Positions 23,721 through 37,975 of a stretch of DNA of 64,000 nucleotides are shown here, in pieces; position 1 is the first letter of the stretch; each line of letters starts with the position of its first letter. The notes beneath the pieces were generated by a model, which was not told the DNA's origin, ran no database searches, and saw only the letters and a program-made list of their open reading frames with translations. Origin of the DNA: Octopus bimaculoides (lineage: Eukaryota); the NCBI RefSeq assembly GCF_001194135.2, contig NC_068998.1:39967389-40031388 (forward strand). The letters are read 5' to 3'. The position numbers and the translations under genes are program-made.

Positions 23721-26169
23721 CTTACATCTCAATTTTAAATGAAGACTATACGAATAATAATATTAATATTGTTACTATTAAATAGATATTGGTTCATCCT
23801 TGTTATTTTCTAATCATGTTTTGTTTTTTATTTTATAATTCTATACATACAATCCTATGACAACCCATTTCTGTGTTTATTTATTTCTATATATTCTAAT
23901 TGTTCAACTGGATTTCTGTTAACCCCCGTGAAAAGTTAAGATATTAATTGCTATTGTTATTTATTAATTCGTGAATTTATATTATTTACATTATAATTTC
24001 CTGAAGATTTTTTTTTGCCGTTCTTCGACGAAATTCAAAATTAAAACAAAGGTTGTCCCTTGACATGATCATAATTTATAGGGGAGACAGTTCGACCATT
24101 TTGTTCCAACCCTTATTCTATGGGTATCCGCCTAAAACCATTATGACAACAACCACAACAGTAGTAGTGTTGATCATTGTAGTTGTTGTCATCGTCATGC
24201 TAGCAGTAGTAGTAGTAGTAGTTGTAGTAGTAAGAGCAGCCACAAAACTGATTTTGGTCAAAGAAGACTTAAGATGTGAAGCCAAGAAGCTGCTGCTACT
24301 ACTGACACTCCAACAGCAACACTACATTATTCCCACTACCACCTCCACCACAACAACAACACTAGACTCGGAGGCCGCACTGCATTGTATTTTTTACCTC
24401 GACACCACACTACAACTACATCCATTACAGATTATATACAATAAACACAACGTCGGGGTTCGCCTTAGATCGTAGGTCTGCATCATGGCTTGAACCAGGA
24501 CTAAACAGCAGTAGCACTAACTTCAGAGTGCACTACATCAAAACGTCTTAAGACACGAAAAAAACCCCCCGGAAAACATCCGATAATGCAGTCGTCCTTA
24601 AGAGATGTGATAATCACGGCTGGATTGCCATTAATCACAGGTCTGTGCGATTGGGTGGACCTGGCGTTAAACAAAAACGACAACACCACTTTATACTATC
24701 GAAAGACACACCAGATAATATAGTAATGATGAGACTGTCTTCGGTCACAAGTCTGCTCTGTCAGAGTTGTCCTAGGCTAAACAATTACAACAATAAACAC
24801 CTCAAGCCAATGAAGGAACCTTAATGTGGTCACTCTATATGCTAGAAAGAGCAGCCAATAGAACCCTGCATTAGGACAGAAAACATTAGATATATTCATT
24901 TTACATAACTCTAAACTGATGAGATGATCATGGTTAGAATGCCTTAGAGTTTAGGTTTGTTCAATCGAGGTTGACCTGGAATAAAATAGTAGTAATAAAT
25001 TCCACAAGTCATCGAGAGTCACTTTCTAGTTGCCCTACCTGTTAAAAATAGCAGCTAGATCTTTAAGCCATACTAACTATATGGAAAAAGGACATGTTTG
25101 ATAATATACATTATGCCTTGTGTGTGTGTGGATTTGGTTATGGTTTGAAATCTTTGGTTCAATGAGGGCTGATCTTGGTGTAAACAAAACTGTTACATCA
25201 CACTCACACATACATGTATTCACATACATGCACATGTGTGTGTGTATTAAATATATTTATTATATAAATGTATATATAAAATATCATGTGTATGCGTGTG
25301 CACATAATTGGTGATGTTTGTCTCTACTGAAACAGTGTTACCATTTCCCAATGATTATTACTAAATTTCACAGGGACATCTTAGATGCAACTAAAACCCT
25401 TCCCCTGCAGGTCGGAGATCTCTTTAAACAGGGATGAATCAAGAACTCAAATGTAGAGGGGTTGAAAGTTGTAATGGAGTAGTAATTGAGTAGGAGTGTT
25501 AGTGTGCAATATAGCAATGTCAGTTTATTATGTCAAATTGTTTTTCTTTCTCTTTCAGTCTTTTAATCTATCTCTTGCTCACACTCACATTTTCTCATTC
25601 ATCTTATGATATACACTGAGTTGTGAGATGGAGAGACAGTATAATGTTTGAGAATATTTCAAATGTTATAAAAATTAACAGTTTGATTCATTGAGTATAA
25701 TACCTGAATATTTTAGAAGTATAAACAGATGTAAATGTGAAACAATGAAAGAATAAATTATTTTCTATCTTCCATGGTATTGAAACTGTGTACTAATTTT
25801 TTGAAGATATGATCTTTTTTAAATGAGGAATTTGAATAATGATAGCATTCTGGATATACTGTCTATATATTTTGTGTGAGATATTGTCTCTCAGTATTGT
25901 TATCTGTACTGGCAGATTACTTTAAATCAAACATGATTTAATATAAATATATGCAAATTTAAATGGAAACAATGGAAGAATGAATTATTTTTCTAACTTC
26001 AATGGTATTTGAAACTACATATTAATGTTTAAAGATATTAGTTTTAAATTAGGAATTTTTATAACCTATTTAAATCTCAGACAGCTCCAGTACAATAGCC
26101 ATGATCCAATCTCATTCCAGTACCTCAAAATAGTTGCTTGATATGTCTGTGCACCAAACTGCTAAGCTT

Positions 26170-26800
26170 GCCAGATAAGAAACCTCTTGGAAATGATATC
26201 TTATCTGACTGGATCAGTACCTTGGTAAAGGCTGCAGTTTTGCATTCTCAAAGCCCCTTTGCTATCATTTTCAGTGCCTGTTTACCAGTCAATCCTCGGC
26301 AACTTTAGCATAATCACCAATATAGCATGACAGAAGACATACTATATCAATCATAGGGATCATCAAAACTACACATCTGTCATATACAACCAAGCACTTG
26401 ATCCTCACTAAAAATATTGTGCGGTCAATGGCTAGCAAGGATCTTAAACAGTGTGAACTGCTAACTCCAGTGCAAATCCAGCAGCAACACTTGAGATATT
26501 CTTTAGGCAGCTACCTATGGTATTCAGCAATTGCAGCAATATGTCCACCGAAACGAATTACTATTCGAGATAAAGCAATGCAAAGAAGTGTATACAAAGA
26601 TAAAATAATTGGTAAAATGTAACCAAAGAGAAGTAGTTTTCCTTCATGATTCTCATGAAACAGGCAAAACTTCTTTGATCAACCATATTTTGGTAAAAAG
26701 TACATTCACTGAAGTAGATTGCTATTGCAGTGGCTTCATCTGCAGTAGCTGCAAATTTGTTGTCAGGCAGCAAGTTTGCTTATTCTGTGAGCATGGAAAA
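26170..26800 (+). mobile_element. Helitron RepHel relic (PIF1 helicase N-terminal part)
   Basis: LLENDILSDW...FAIIFSACLPVNPRQL, MTEDILYQ, IYNQAL, FLHDSHETGKTSLINHIL (decayed Walker A, from FLDAPGGTGKTFLIN), IAIAVASSAVAANLLSGSKFAYS. Confidence 0.8.
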
Positions 26801-27967
26801 ACAAGTTTTAAATGAATGAGCAACAAATAGATATGTACATTAAAATTAGTCAGTCATTATTGAGTTCCCAATTTTACCTCAGCAAAACTGACCTATGAGC
26901 ATACTCTTCCAGTCATAAATATCTGATATTTCTTTCTTTTTTTTTTTTTAGACAACAGTATATCTAGGATTACATAATGTGACGTGTCTTCCTGTTTTTA
27001 GGACAGTAGGACATAATGTAAGAAAGATTTAGGTGACATCTTTAACAAATCAGATGACTACATTAAGAATGGGTTGCTGAAAAATTTTTAAAACTTTGTT
27101 GTTTATGTTATTTAAACCTAAGTCAGCCATGATTGAGAAAACTTAGGATCAAAATTCTTCCAGTCCTAACCATCTGATACCTTTTGTCTGACAGTGCTTT
27201 TAGTAGACTTTGTCTAAACTATCCCTCCCCGTCCTTACACAGTGGAATGTGATATGTAGGGGCACATAGCTGCTATTTCCAGACAGTAAAGCAACTACAT
27301 AGATCTTCCTTGTTGGCTGTTTTTTTGTTTTATTTGTTAATTAGAAGAGATGGGGGTAATTACTTCCTATAGAACATTTAGTCTCTCCGAAACATTGGGT
27401 TATGGAAAAACATGGGTGGGCAGGTTAAATAAGGTTGAAAGTTTTGTGTGTGTGTGTATACACATATACACACATACATGCACACATCACACAGACACAT
27501 CTGTGTGTGCGTACATGTATGTACACACATATTTGCGCATATACATTGACGTGTGTGTGCCTAACTGAATACAAATGTATGCGTGTGTGTGCGTCTGCTT
27601 CTTTTGTTACTTCAGTACGAAGGTTTCTCCAGATGACTACAACAAACTGAAAATGGCCTTTATCATTGTCAATGCCGCCCCTGTTTATGTCACAGTAAAT
27701 GGAACCCTCTGACTCCACCCGCCTCTCTATGTAGGATTTATTTTGTTGATGCTGTTGTTGTTGATGAATGTGCTTGTTAATGCTGTCTCCGATCTCAAAT
27801 CACCCTGTGTTAATACCATTATTGCAACAGTTAGTCATATGATGTAGTGGACTTGCTTTCCACGTTTCAGTTTTAATCATTAAGTTATGGCATACATAAC
27901 AGCACACCATGTAAGTATACATTACATACAAAGACACATACATACATATACACACACGTTATGTGTG

Positions 27968-28021
<54 letters not shown>

Positions 28022-30559
28022 TATACACACAGATGTGTATATATGAGTATATGTATGCATGAACATGTGTATATGTATATTTACATACAGACAGAATACA
28101 CATCCATACATACACACATACACATTTGTGTATGTGTATATGTTTATATATATATAAACATGTATACATGTGTGAATATATATATATTCATACATAAATA
28201 TATATAAGCATACATATACATATATATAGACATGCACACACATACACATACATATACATACACATGCTCATATGATTAGGACACTTTGAACATAGATCTG
28301 TTTAATGAGGAACTAATCTAGGACCAAACAAGAACCAGAATAAATACAGCAGCTTGAAACCAACTCCACAAAATATCACAAAACAAAGCAAAAAAGATCA
28401 TTTCTCCTACAAGGAAAAAGATAAATAAAAAGCGAGGGGACTGTTTCAATGCATGACCCAACATTACGTAAAGACCATGTTTTTATTATATTTATTTTAT
28501 CTTGCCTTTTTAGAACAACAGCATTAAGATTTGTAGGCTTCCAATGAGACAATCTCTGGTTTACTCATTTATGATAGTAAGAATGATTGAGGAGCACCTA
28601 TGTTACTCGGGCAGAACAAATACACCAAAGTGTATTGTTTGAAAGCAGCAATTTATCAGTTTTCTTTGCTGATGCATGTCTCTTGTATCTTTCATTGGTA
28701 TACCTCATGGCTCTAGTCATTGTGCTCTGGTCATGCTGGAGACTATATTGATTATTTTGGTTTCAGTACTTTGTCTAATACTTGTTTTATTTTACTTGCA
28801 AGACAGAAATGCAAAGTGGACATTGTATGGGAGGTAACTTAGTTCTTACCCCACACTAATATATATACATATATATAGGCTGTGTGGTAAGAAGTTTGCT
28901 TCCCAACCATGTGGTCTTGGGTTCAGTCCCACTGTGCTGCACTTTGGGCAAGTGTCTTCCAGAAATACCCTCAGGTTGACCAATGTTTCGTGAATTGAAT
29001 TGATTAGTGGAAATTGAATGAAGCCCATCATATATATGTGTCTTTGTGTTTGGATTTGTCCCCCAAATTACTTCACAGCTGGTGCTGGTTTGTTTATATC
29101 CTTTGGTTTGGCAAAAAGTGGCCAATAGAATTAGCACCAGGCTTAAAAATAAGTACTAGGGTTGATTTGTTTGGTTAAACCCTTCAAGGTGGTGCCAGCA
29201 TGTCTGAAGACTGAAGCAAAAGAAATGTAAGAGATAAAAGATACACACAAACTTACATACAGACAGACAGACAAACAGATACACACACACACACAGGTAG
29301 GTGAATAGACGGAAGTAGTACTCAACACATAGTTGGTATTGTAACAGGTTGATTGAGTTCTACATTATTCAAAGTTTCATAGGCACAGATATGCATTTTC
29401 ATCTTCAGATGTGTACAGTCAGATGTATCTACATCTATCTCTCTCTTCCCCTCTTTCTTTCTCTATATATGTGTATGTATGTATACACTCATACACACAC
29501 ATTACCTACATGTTTGTACATGTACATAGACACTCATATAATGTGTAATTATATCTAGGTATTCATATAAAAATATCGTCTACCATTCTCCAAGTTTCTC
29601 CCCTTCCCTTGTTCTGTTTTCTCACTTTGGTGCATAAATTTCAAATATAATTTTTACTGAGCATCATCCTAAATTAATGATATCATAATAATTATTTTTA
29701 TATATAAAAAAAAATGCAGCCTGTAATAAATGAATATATAAATGTATACAGGTATAAAATATAATTAAATGGATGACTAATTATAAACGAAATATTTAAA
29801 GTGTAAAAATTAAAATATGAACAATTGCTTTGTAATGTTTTCACTGATTGAAGTTACACAAGTATGTAATTAGAATTTTGGTGGTTAGCTTTCCACCACC
29901 ACCATCACCTAAAAAAGAATGAAAAAGGAAAGAAAGGTTGTAGTATTTTCTAGACACGCACTTCAACATGTATGTGGATTTGATTTTTTGTGCTGTAATT
30001 GTGTGCGTGCGTGACGTTGTTTAGCACCCGCCAGGTCAACCTTGATTGAACACACCTTTGATCAAAGATATTCTAGTCGCGTTGATTTAAAAAAAAATTT
30101 TTTTTTAATTCAGACAGTATATCTATGACTACATTTCAAATGTGCCCTCCCCACCAATTTTTTTTTTTAGTAGTGTGATTTGAAGGAGATTTGGATGTTA
30201 TTTCTATGAGATTGAATGACCATGTCAGAGTTATTTTGTTGACTGGTAGTGGGTGATGGTTATTTTTTGTTGTTGTTTAATTCTGAGACAGTGCAGATTT
30301 CATAGACTTATAAATGGTTAAAAACATTCCAAATATGGCTCTCCCATCTTTTATTCAGACATACTTTATTACTTACTGGGTTTTGAGGCAAGGATAGTAT
30401 GAACATGGTCTTCATGGGCCCTTGTAGACTGGTGAGATTGACGCTCTTTATGTTGTTCATGAAGTATTGTAAGTTAACCCCTGTAGGAAAGGCAAGAGTA
30501 GGGAGGAAAATCTAGAGTGATGATATTCAAAGGAGTAAAAAACTAGGTGTAGTAACTAG

Positions 30560-30840
30560 TACTGAGCTTGTAGTCTTGAAACAGTATGGGTGATGAGAGA
30601 AAAAGAGATGAGAAGGTCAGGAATACCTGAGTAGAGGTGAGACCAGACCTGGCATCTCTGGGGATCAGAAGCCATTAAAGTTGCTGAAGGAGAGAAGAGA
30701 GAGAGAAAACGTGACAGTATTCTTGTGAGCCAAGGACTAGAATGTGTCTGTGAGTGATTTGATGCCACTTGGTTAAATGGCTGTTCTGAGTGCTGTCTGG
30801 GATACTGCAGCAGCAGCACTCTCAAATGTGGGAGCAATTT
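30560..30840 (-). mobile_element. Old L2/CR1-like reverse-transcriptase remnant
   Basis: DPQRCQVWSHLYSGIPDL resembles a decayed PQGSxLxPxLFxxYxxDL motif. Confidence 0.35.
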
Positions 30841-31039
30841 ACTATATAGGTCTCACTTAAGTTTTTGTAGAATGTCATCTACAAAATCTCAAAGTTTTGT
30901 AGATTACAAGGACTAGTCTGGGAATATGGTCCTAGAATTTCCAGAACCATGTTTTTTTAAAATTTATTTTATTCTATTTGTTGTTGTCATTGTTATTGTT
31001 GTTTGATTTGACTCAGGTTTGGTCTTATTACCAGTAGGG

Positions 31040-31770
31040 TTTATGTGGGTAGCTGATTACTACCTATCAAGTACTCAAAACCCTTCTGATAATCTTTCAT
31101 GTGCCTCAGAGGCCAACATTCTACAGAAGCTCTACAGGACATTCCATTTCAATCACCTTCAACCATCTGTCAATATCATTACTCACAGTCCGTCATGCAC
31201 CAATTATTGACACAAGCTTTACAGTTTTCATATTCCAAATTCTCACAATTTCAAATTTTAAGGGATTATATTTAAAAAAATTTTCATCTTTCTTTACAAT
31301 CCTGGAATCAAATGGGCATGAGGGACCAATTAGTAAACAACTTTGCTTTTCCTTGTCTATTATTGTTATATCTGGTTTATTATTTTCTATCTTCTTATCA
31401 ATTTGAATTGGAAAATCCCATAAAATCTTGCATTTCTGCGACTCAAACACTCTTTTTACCTGATGATTACACCAAGTACTTTCAGCTTCAAGCCTTCATT
31501 TCTGACAAAGCTTCCAGTGCAAAACTTTCACAACTTAGTCATGTCTCTACTTCTTATATTCTCTCTGAGCCAAATCGGGACATTCTGCAACTATGTGTGC
31601 CATTGTCTCATCCCGAATTCCACACACTCTGCATTTTGCTGACACCTCCTCCTCATATCCATATTTTCTCAAGCTGTTTGTCTTGGTTCCACATACATCC
31701 TCAGTGGCTTTCCAAAACTGACCATGCAAAGATTCTTCTTCTTCTTCTCCTCCTCCTTTTGTTTTCAAGT
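31040..31770 (-). mobile_element. R4/Dong-type non-LTR retrotransposon 3' fragment (CCHC knuckle plus restriction-like endonuclease)
   Basis: CRVCGIRDETMAHIVAECPDLAQREYKK and KILWDFPIQIDKKIENNKPDITIIDKEKQSCLLI.PSCPFD...KYNPLKFEIVRIWNMK. Confidence 0.85.
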
Positions 31771-32321
31771 TGGTAAGGAATTATTTGAGATTTGAGGGAG
31801 ATTTATTTCGCTTGCTATATGCAGCAGCGGAACGAAAGAGACGATGATCACAGCTGGAACACCTTTGATAGTAGGTTTGCTCAATCTTGGTCGGTAATTT
31901 TAGTTGTTCCAGCCATGACCTTCATACTGAGCCAGGCTGTGCACATATGCTATCTTGCAACATATACTGTGTCCCATATCCCAGCGTATATCAATGACTA
32001 GTATTTATTTTTCAACGTCTGTCTGTTGAGAGAGGAGTTGACTCCATTGGGATTTGAACTAAAGAACCAAGTGATGTGAAAGTAAATACTGCAAATGTAC
32101 TCAGACTCTGAAAGCTTCACTTTGATAGCGATTGTGTGACATTTTATGAAGATAGTCACTGGAACTGGAAAGTTAATGATGGCCTGGAGTCAACGTGATT
32201 CAGATAGCAAATATAAATAAGAAATGTATGTTGGCGAAGGAGAGATGAAGAGACTAATGTTTTGTTGTTGAAACAAGTCCCCCTCCTCCCACAAAGAAAT
32301 GTGAGACAGACTGTATGTTTG

Positions 32322-32354
<33 letters not shown>

Positions 32355-33992
32355 ATGTGTATATATATATATATATATATATACACACAAACACACCATC
32401 TAACACATACACATATATACACATACATGCAGACAGACCCTCACATAAACACACATTCACTCACATTACATACATACTCTCACACACACACAAACACATA
32501 CACACATTATGTACACATGAATATATTTAAATAAAGATACTGTGCAAGTGATGATAGTGTTCCAAAGCTGAAGACAGAAATCTTTCTCAGAAACAGTGAA
32601 ATGGAGACAAAAACCAGAGTATCAGAACTCAAGATTCTATGCCATTCGTTGTTCACTATTATCGTTTTACTGTAACATTAAAACCAGGAGTTCTAGAAGG
32701 TTATGCTGAGAAAACATCAATGATTTATCATATATTATATTAACAAAAATATATCTTGTATTACAATTTTCTCTCCCTTCAGGAAATTCTATTTATATAT
32801 TAATATTTTTAAGTTGTGAATTAAAATTAAAAATAAAGCCTAGGTGTAGGGAGGCTGTGTGGTTAAGAATCTTGCTTCCCAACCATGTCATCATGGATTC
32901 AGTCCCACTACATGACATCTTAGGCAAGTGTCATCTACTTTAGCCCTGAGCCAATCAAAGCCATGTCAATGGATTTGGTAGATGGAAACTAAAAGAAGCC
33001 TGTTGTGTGTGTGTGTGTGTATATATATATGTGTGTGTGTGTGCATTTATGTTGCGTTTCTCTCACATCCTGCTTGACAACTGGTGTTGGTTTGTTTATG
33101 TCCTCACAACTTAGCCGTTCAGTTAAAGAGATGTACAGAAAAAGTGCCAATTTGGGTGGGGGGGGCTTTAATAAATAGTATATATAGGCATTGGAGCTCG
33201 GTTTGTCAGATCCTGTTAAACCATCCAGTCCATGCTACTATGGAAGATGAACATTAAATGATGTTATACATGTATTATATATATTTCTTTGTAGTATTGT
33301 TTTCATTTCTTTCTCTTTTTTTGTTATGGTGAGGAGATTGGTTAATAGCTGGTGTTTCATTTTAATTTCAATCGAGAGATCTCTAGCTTGATAGAAGCCA
33401 GAATCATGTTAATGTGTGTTATGAGTATGTGTGTGGGGGAGAGAGAAAGAGACTGTTGTAGAAATCAAACACAATTACATTTTCATACATTCATATTTAT
33501 TTACAATACACATTAAATCTCCCCTGTCACTCCCAATCACCCACTTTCCTGGCAACTGATTCGTTTATACATCACTCATATTGTTTTAACTCACTCTCAT
33601 ACAGCTTTCTCTGTCAATGCAAGCATTTTGTCTCTACAATTTACATACAAACTCATTTTCTCATCCAATCTCTTAAATTTTCACATGTCCACAACCCACA
33701 ACAACATATTTACGCATTTGAGGACATATCTACACGCTTACTGAAATGGCTGGACATAGCTGCTGGATCTCCCTCAAATTACATCCTGCCATTTTACGAA
33801 AGGAAGATGAAGTGAATTATGAATGGTGGGGTGCTGAGAAAATGATGTAATGAACATGACAAGACCACCTTTGGTTAAGCAACTGTACTTGTTCTCTTTC
33901 TGACCCCATCCCCCATCCTGTTTCATGTGCTCTCTTCCCAGAAAGCATATACATGCCTATAAGTCTTCTTATTGATACATTCATACAAACTA

Positions 33993-34119
33993 CAGGGTGT
34001 CCACAAAGTCTGGGTACATGGGGGTTAACACATACTTTAAGAAATTATTATTTCTTATATTTAATTGTTTAAGTTATGATTTTATTTACTCCATGTACCT
34101 AGACTTTGTGGACACCCTG
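33993..34119. mobile_element. 127-bp Tc1/mariner-like MITE
   Basis: TIR CAGGGTGTCCACAAAGTCT(G/A)GGTACATGG at both ends, flanked by TA on each side. Confidence 0.85.
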
Positions 34120-34678
34120 TAGTATGTGTTCATCTATGTATCATCTATCTTTCTAGATGTCTATTTGTCTATATTTGCAATAATTCCCCTTTATTCAAAT
34201 GTTTGTGTATGTACATACACACACACACACACATAATTAATTTTTAAAAAAAGGAGGACAAAAATGACAAGAAAAATACAGTGCGAGGACGTGGTACATG
34301 CAAAGACCTGCATATATACACAACTCATGCATACACGCTTAATTGTCACTCACAAGTGAGTGTGACCTGGCAGCTTGTACCATGCTTTTGCTAATTGTTT
34401 TAGATGCCTATGTAACCACAAGGAGAGTTAGACACACACTCGCCCCCACCTCACTTGATCCAAGGGAGCATTGAAGATGTGCAATTTGTTAGCTGTAGGG
34501 AAAAGAGCTGCTTCAGCACCAAGCTGGTACTAACTTTCTGCTCAGTAGACTGAAATAATGTGAAATTAGGTGCTTTTCTTAAGCAAGAGGTCAACACCAT
34601 AACCTTTAAGCCATGTACCTAGTGGTTATTGTGTTGACCAAGCTTTGAAGTCACTGTCAACCTTTTCTTTGTAAAAAC

Positions 34679-34905
34679 TTAAGCCTTTAACATTCAGGTT
34701 ACACTGCCAAATTTAATGCTTATTTATTGATATTGATTTGAATAACCATGCATTATGTCCTAGCTTCAAGAATTTGGTGATATAACTGTTAATTTTTAGA
34801 ATGTCATTGTAGGGTTAGTGTGAGAGGCCATATTCAGCCAGTTTGAACATAAAACATATAGAAAACTTTGGCTGGATATAGCCAGTTTAAATGCTAAATG
34901 GTTAA
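34679..34905. mobile_element. piggyBac-like MITE (decayed)
   Basis: TTAAgcctttaacatt...aatgctaaatggTTAA: TTAA ends with short imperfect TIRs. Confidence 0.55.
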
Positions 34906-35308
34906 TTAAACAGGTATTCTATTCTCCACTGAAAAGTATTGAGTAATCGTTCAGTTTCATGTTAAATTGTTTTTATACATAACTTAACATAAAGAAGCAT
35001 ATATATTTCATGTACACTAAGAAGCTTTTGACTTCAGTGCTCACATACATATACGGTCACTGTACACTTGTTAATGTGAAGATAAATCTATAGAACACTG
35101 GACAAAATGCCTTGAGTTATTTTCTTTTAGTTATACATCCCTTTACATTTGCACTTCGAATTCTCCTGAGGTTTACTTTGACATTCATGCTTGAGTGGTT
35201 GATAAAACAAATTACCAGCCAAGTACTGGGGTCAGTTTAATCAGCTGTTACCTCCCTTGAAATGTGTGGCCTTCTGCCAATGTTAGAAACCATTATTATG
35301 TACTCATT

Positions 35309-35347
<39 letters not shown>

Positions 35348-35566
35348 NNNNNNNNNNNNNNNNNNNNNNNNNNNNNNNNNNNNNNNNNNNNNNNNNNNNN
35401 NNNNNNNNNNNNNNNNNNNNNNNNNNNNNNNNNNNNNNNNNNNNNNNNNNNNNNNNNNNNNNNNNNNNNNNNNNNNNNNNNNNNNNNNNNNNNNNNNNNN
35501 NNNNNNNNNNNNNNNNNNNNNNNNNNNNNNNNNNNNNNNNNNNNNNNNNNNNNNNNNNNNNNNNNN
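35348..35566. other. Assembly gap (N run) next to (TA)n
   Basis: N run seen directly. Confidence 1.
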
Positions 35567-37013
35567 GCGTAATGTTCTAACTGATGAGAAAATGATGGGG
35601 GTAGAGAAAACGATAAGAAGTCAAGCTGGTTCTATTTCTCAGGAATGTGTTGTTCTCTTCCGAAATGGAAGTCCTGATTGTCTATTTCTGAATATGTTCC
35701 TGTATTCCTTTCAGATTCTTCACTTCCATTCTTCTTTCTTTTTCCAGCCTGCCAGTCACTCATCATCTCATGCCACGCCCCTCTCTCTCTCGCTCTCTCA
35801 TACATTTTATAACATAGGGAATAACCCGGGTGGTATTGTCTGTTTTAAGAAAAGGAAGTGATCAGGGGACAGCAACATTTTCTCTTCTGGGTTTTTGGGT
35901 TGTCTTACTCTCTTCTTTATATATATATATTTATGTGTGTGTGTGTGTGTGTGTATTTTAATATTTCACTTAGGTGCTGTGATACTAATAACCTGGTGCA
36001 GAACTCAATATACCTGTGCTTCAGAATGAAGGGTTAGTTGAGTGCAGAGTGGTAATAAGAAATTGAGATGACAAAGGAATAAACGATTGTCTTATGAACT
36101 TCATTAGCTTGCAGTTGTTTCTGCTATAAAGATGCAGTGGACTCATAGTTGAGTGCCTGAGTACCACCTTATAGACAAAAAGTATATGTGGGGGTGGGAA
36201 TGATAAAATTGTATTCTCAAGAAGAAAATCGATGGAACATCCTGATGTTTATGAAATGAAGGAAGGGCACAACTTGATAAAATGGCGTAATTACAAATGT
36301 ATTAAATTTATAACTTGCTATATTGTAAGTTGTAGGTTTTCACGTAGACAAGAGTAGAGTTAAATATTTAAAGATTATTCTGTATAACTCTAGGGAGCAT
36401 TTGTTAAGGAACATTTTTCCAAAACAATCTTCAGACAAATGAATGAATTTTGCATGTATACACACAAAGTTAACCTCAGTGTGCAGATAGCATGAATGGA
36501 TACTGTTAGGCATTCCATCTGATGTTTTAATGGCTCTACCAATATGTGTGTGCACAGACATGCACACGCACGCATGCATATGCACACACACTTGAATAAG
36601 CATGAAGCTAGTATAGAAGTTACTTGTTCTTAATGGAACACTGTAGAATTGAACCAGGTGCCTCATGACTGGGAAATGATCTCAACTATTCAACCATATC
36701 TGCACCAAACATAAACTGCAATTGCATATAACACATGGTATTGAAAACACTTTAGTAGAATATAGCAAGTCAACATCACCATGCATGCACATATTTGCAT
36801 GCACACACACCCACACACACATCTTTTCTTTGCTTGACTGAAATGTAATCATTTTTCTTTATTTCAGTCACATACACACATGTGTACGTGCACACACACA
36901 CATACATACACACACAATTATTTGCAGGATCCAATAGAACTGAGGTATTTTAATAATGACACCAAGATAGTCAAGAACAGCATACCTGTGTATCAACAAT
37001 GTGTATAGACAGT

Positions 37014-37084
<71 letters not shown>

Positions 37085-37975
37085 TCGTGTGTGTGTGTGT
37101 TACCGATAATGAAAAATACATCAGCAAAAGAAACAAACAAAAAGACCCTTCACTACTATGTATCTTAATTAATATTTGTTGATATTCTTCATTGGAGTTT
37201 TGAACTCTTGATCTACAAGGCCATGACTTCACCTTAATTCCAGTCAGCTAGTTGACCCAGTTGCTGTAACAGCAGCAACAACAACAACAATAGCAGCAAT
37301 GGCTACATCATCCCTATTCCACTCTCTCACTGTACTCCCTACCTCAACTCCTTGTTTTTAACTTCTTAAACCCTGACCCCACCATGAATCTCAAATGTTT
37401 ATTTACTTAACATTTCAGTAACAAACACACACTAGCATTCTGTTCCCATATTCGCCCCTTTATTCTCTCTCTTTTGCTTTAATCATAAACTTGTCCCACC
37501 TGACCCTCCATCCCTCCCTCCCCATAGCTGTTCTTTTCCACTTTGTGCTAAAATATAAAATACCTTAGTACTATTGAAAGGCAAGTGTGGTGTTTAGAGC
37601 TAGAGGTAATAAATATTAGTTGTGATTGTGTGTGGAGCAAGTTGTTTGAGGACACAAATGGTGTAAAAAGAAACCAAAATGGAGAGAGAGAGAGAGTGGG
37701 GAGGAGAGAAACAGAATTAAATACCTTGATATAGGTGAGGATTTGAATGATAGAGTCTGGAGACGCGCGTGTGTGTACTGCACTCTTTACCTGTGTATAT
37801 AAACAAAATTCATTCTTTTACATATACATTGGCCTAATGCATACACACATGCATGCACACATGCACATACACACAGTATAACCCATGAGAGGACCTTCCC
37901 TCTTTTTTTTTGTCAGACCTTAGATTTGTACCTCTAAATGCCTTATATAATTTACAAACACTGTCTACATCATGT

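Noticed and set aside
26561-26773. Minus ORF with KFAATADEATAIA, resembling hAT FSIIADETTD
   Set aside because: The opposite strand gives a longer, ordered series of Helitron PIF1 motifs, so this is its antisense shadow.
30627-30683. Strong minus-strand acceptor plus 57-nt open exon (TLMASDPQRCQVWSHLYS)
   Set aside because: Better explained as a decayed LINE RT motif (PQGS...). Exonisation cannot be shown from sequence alone.
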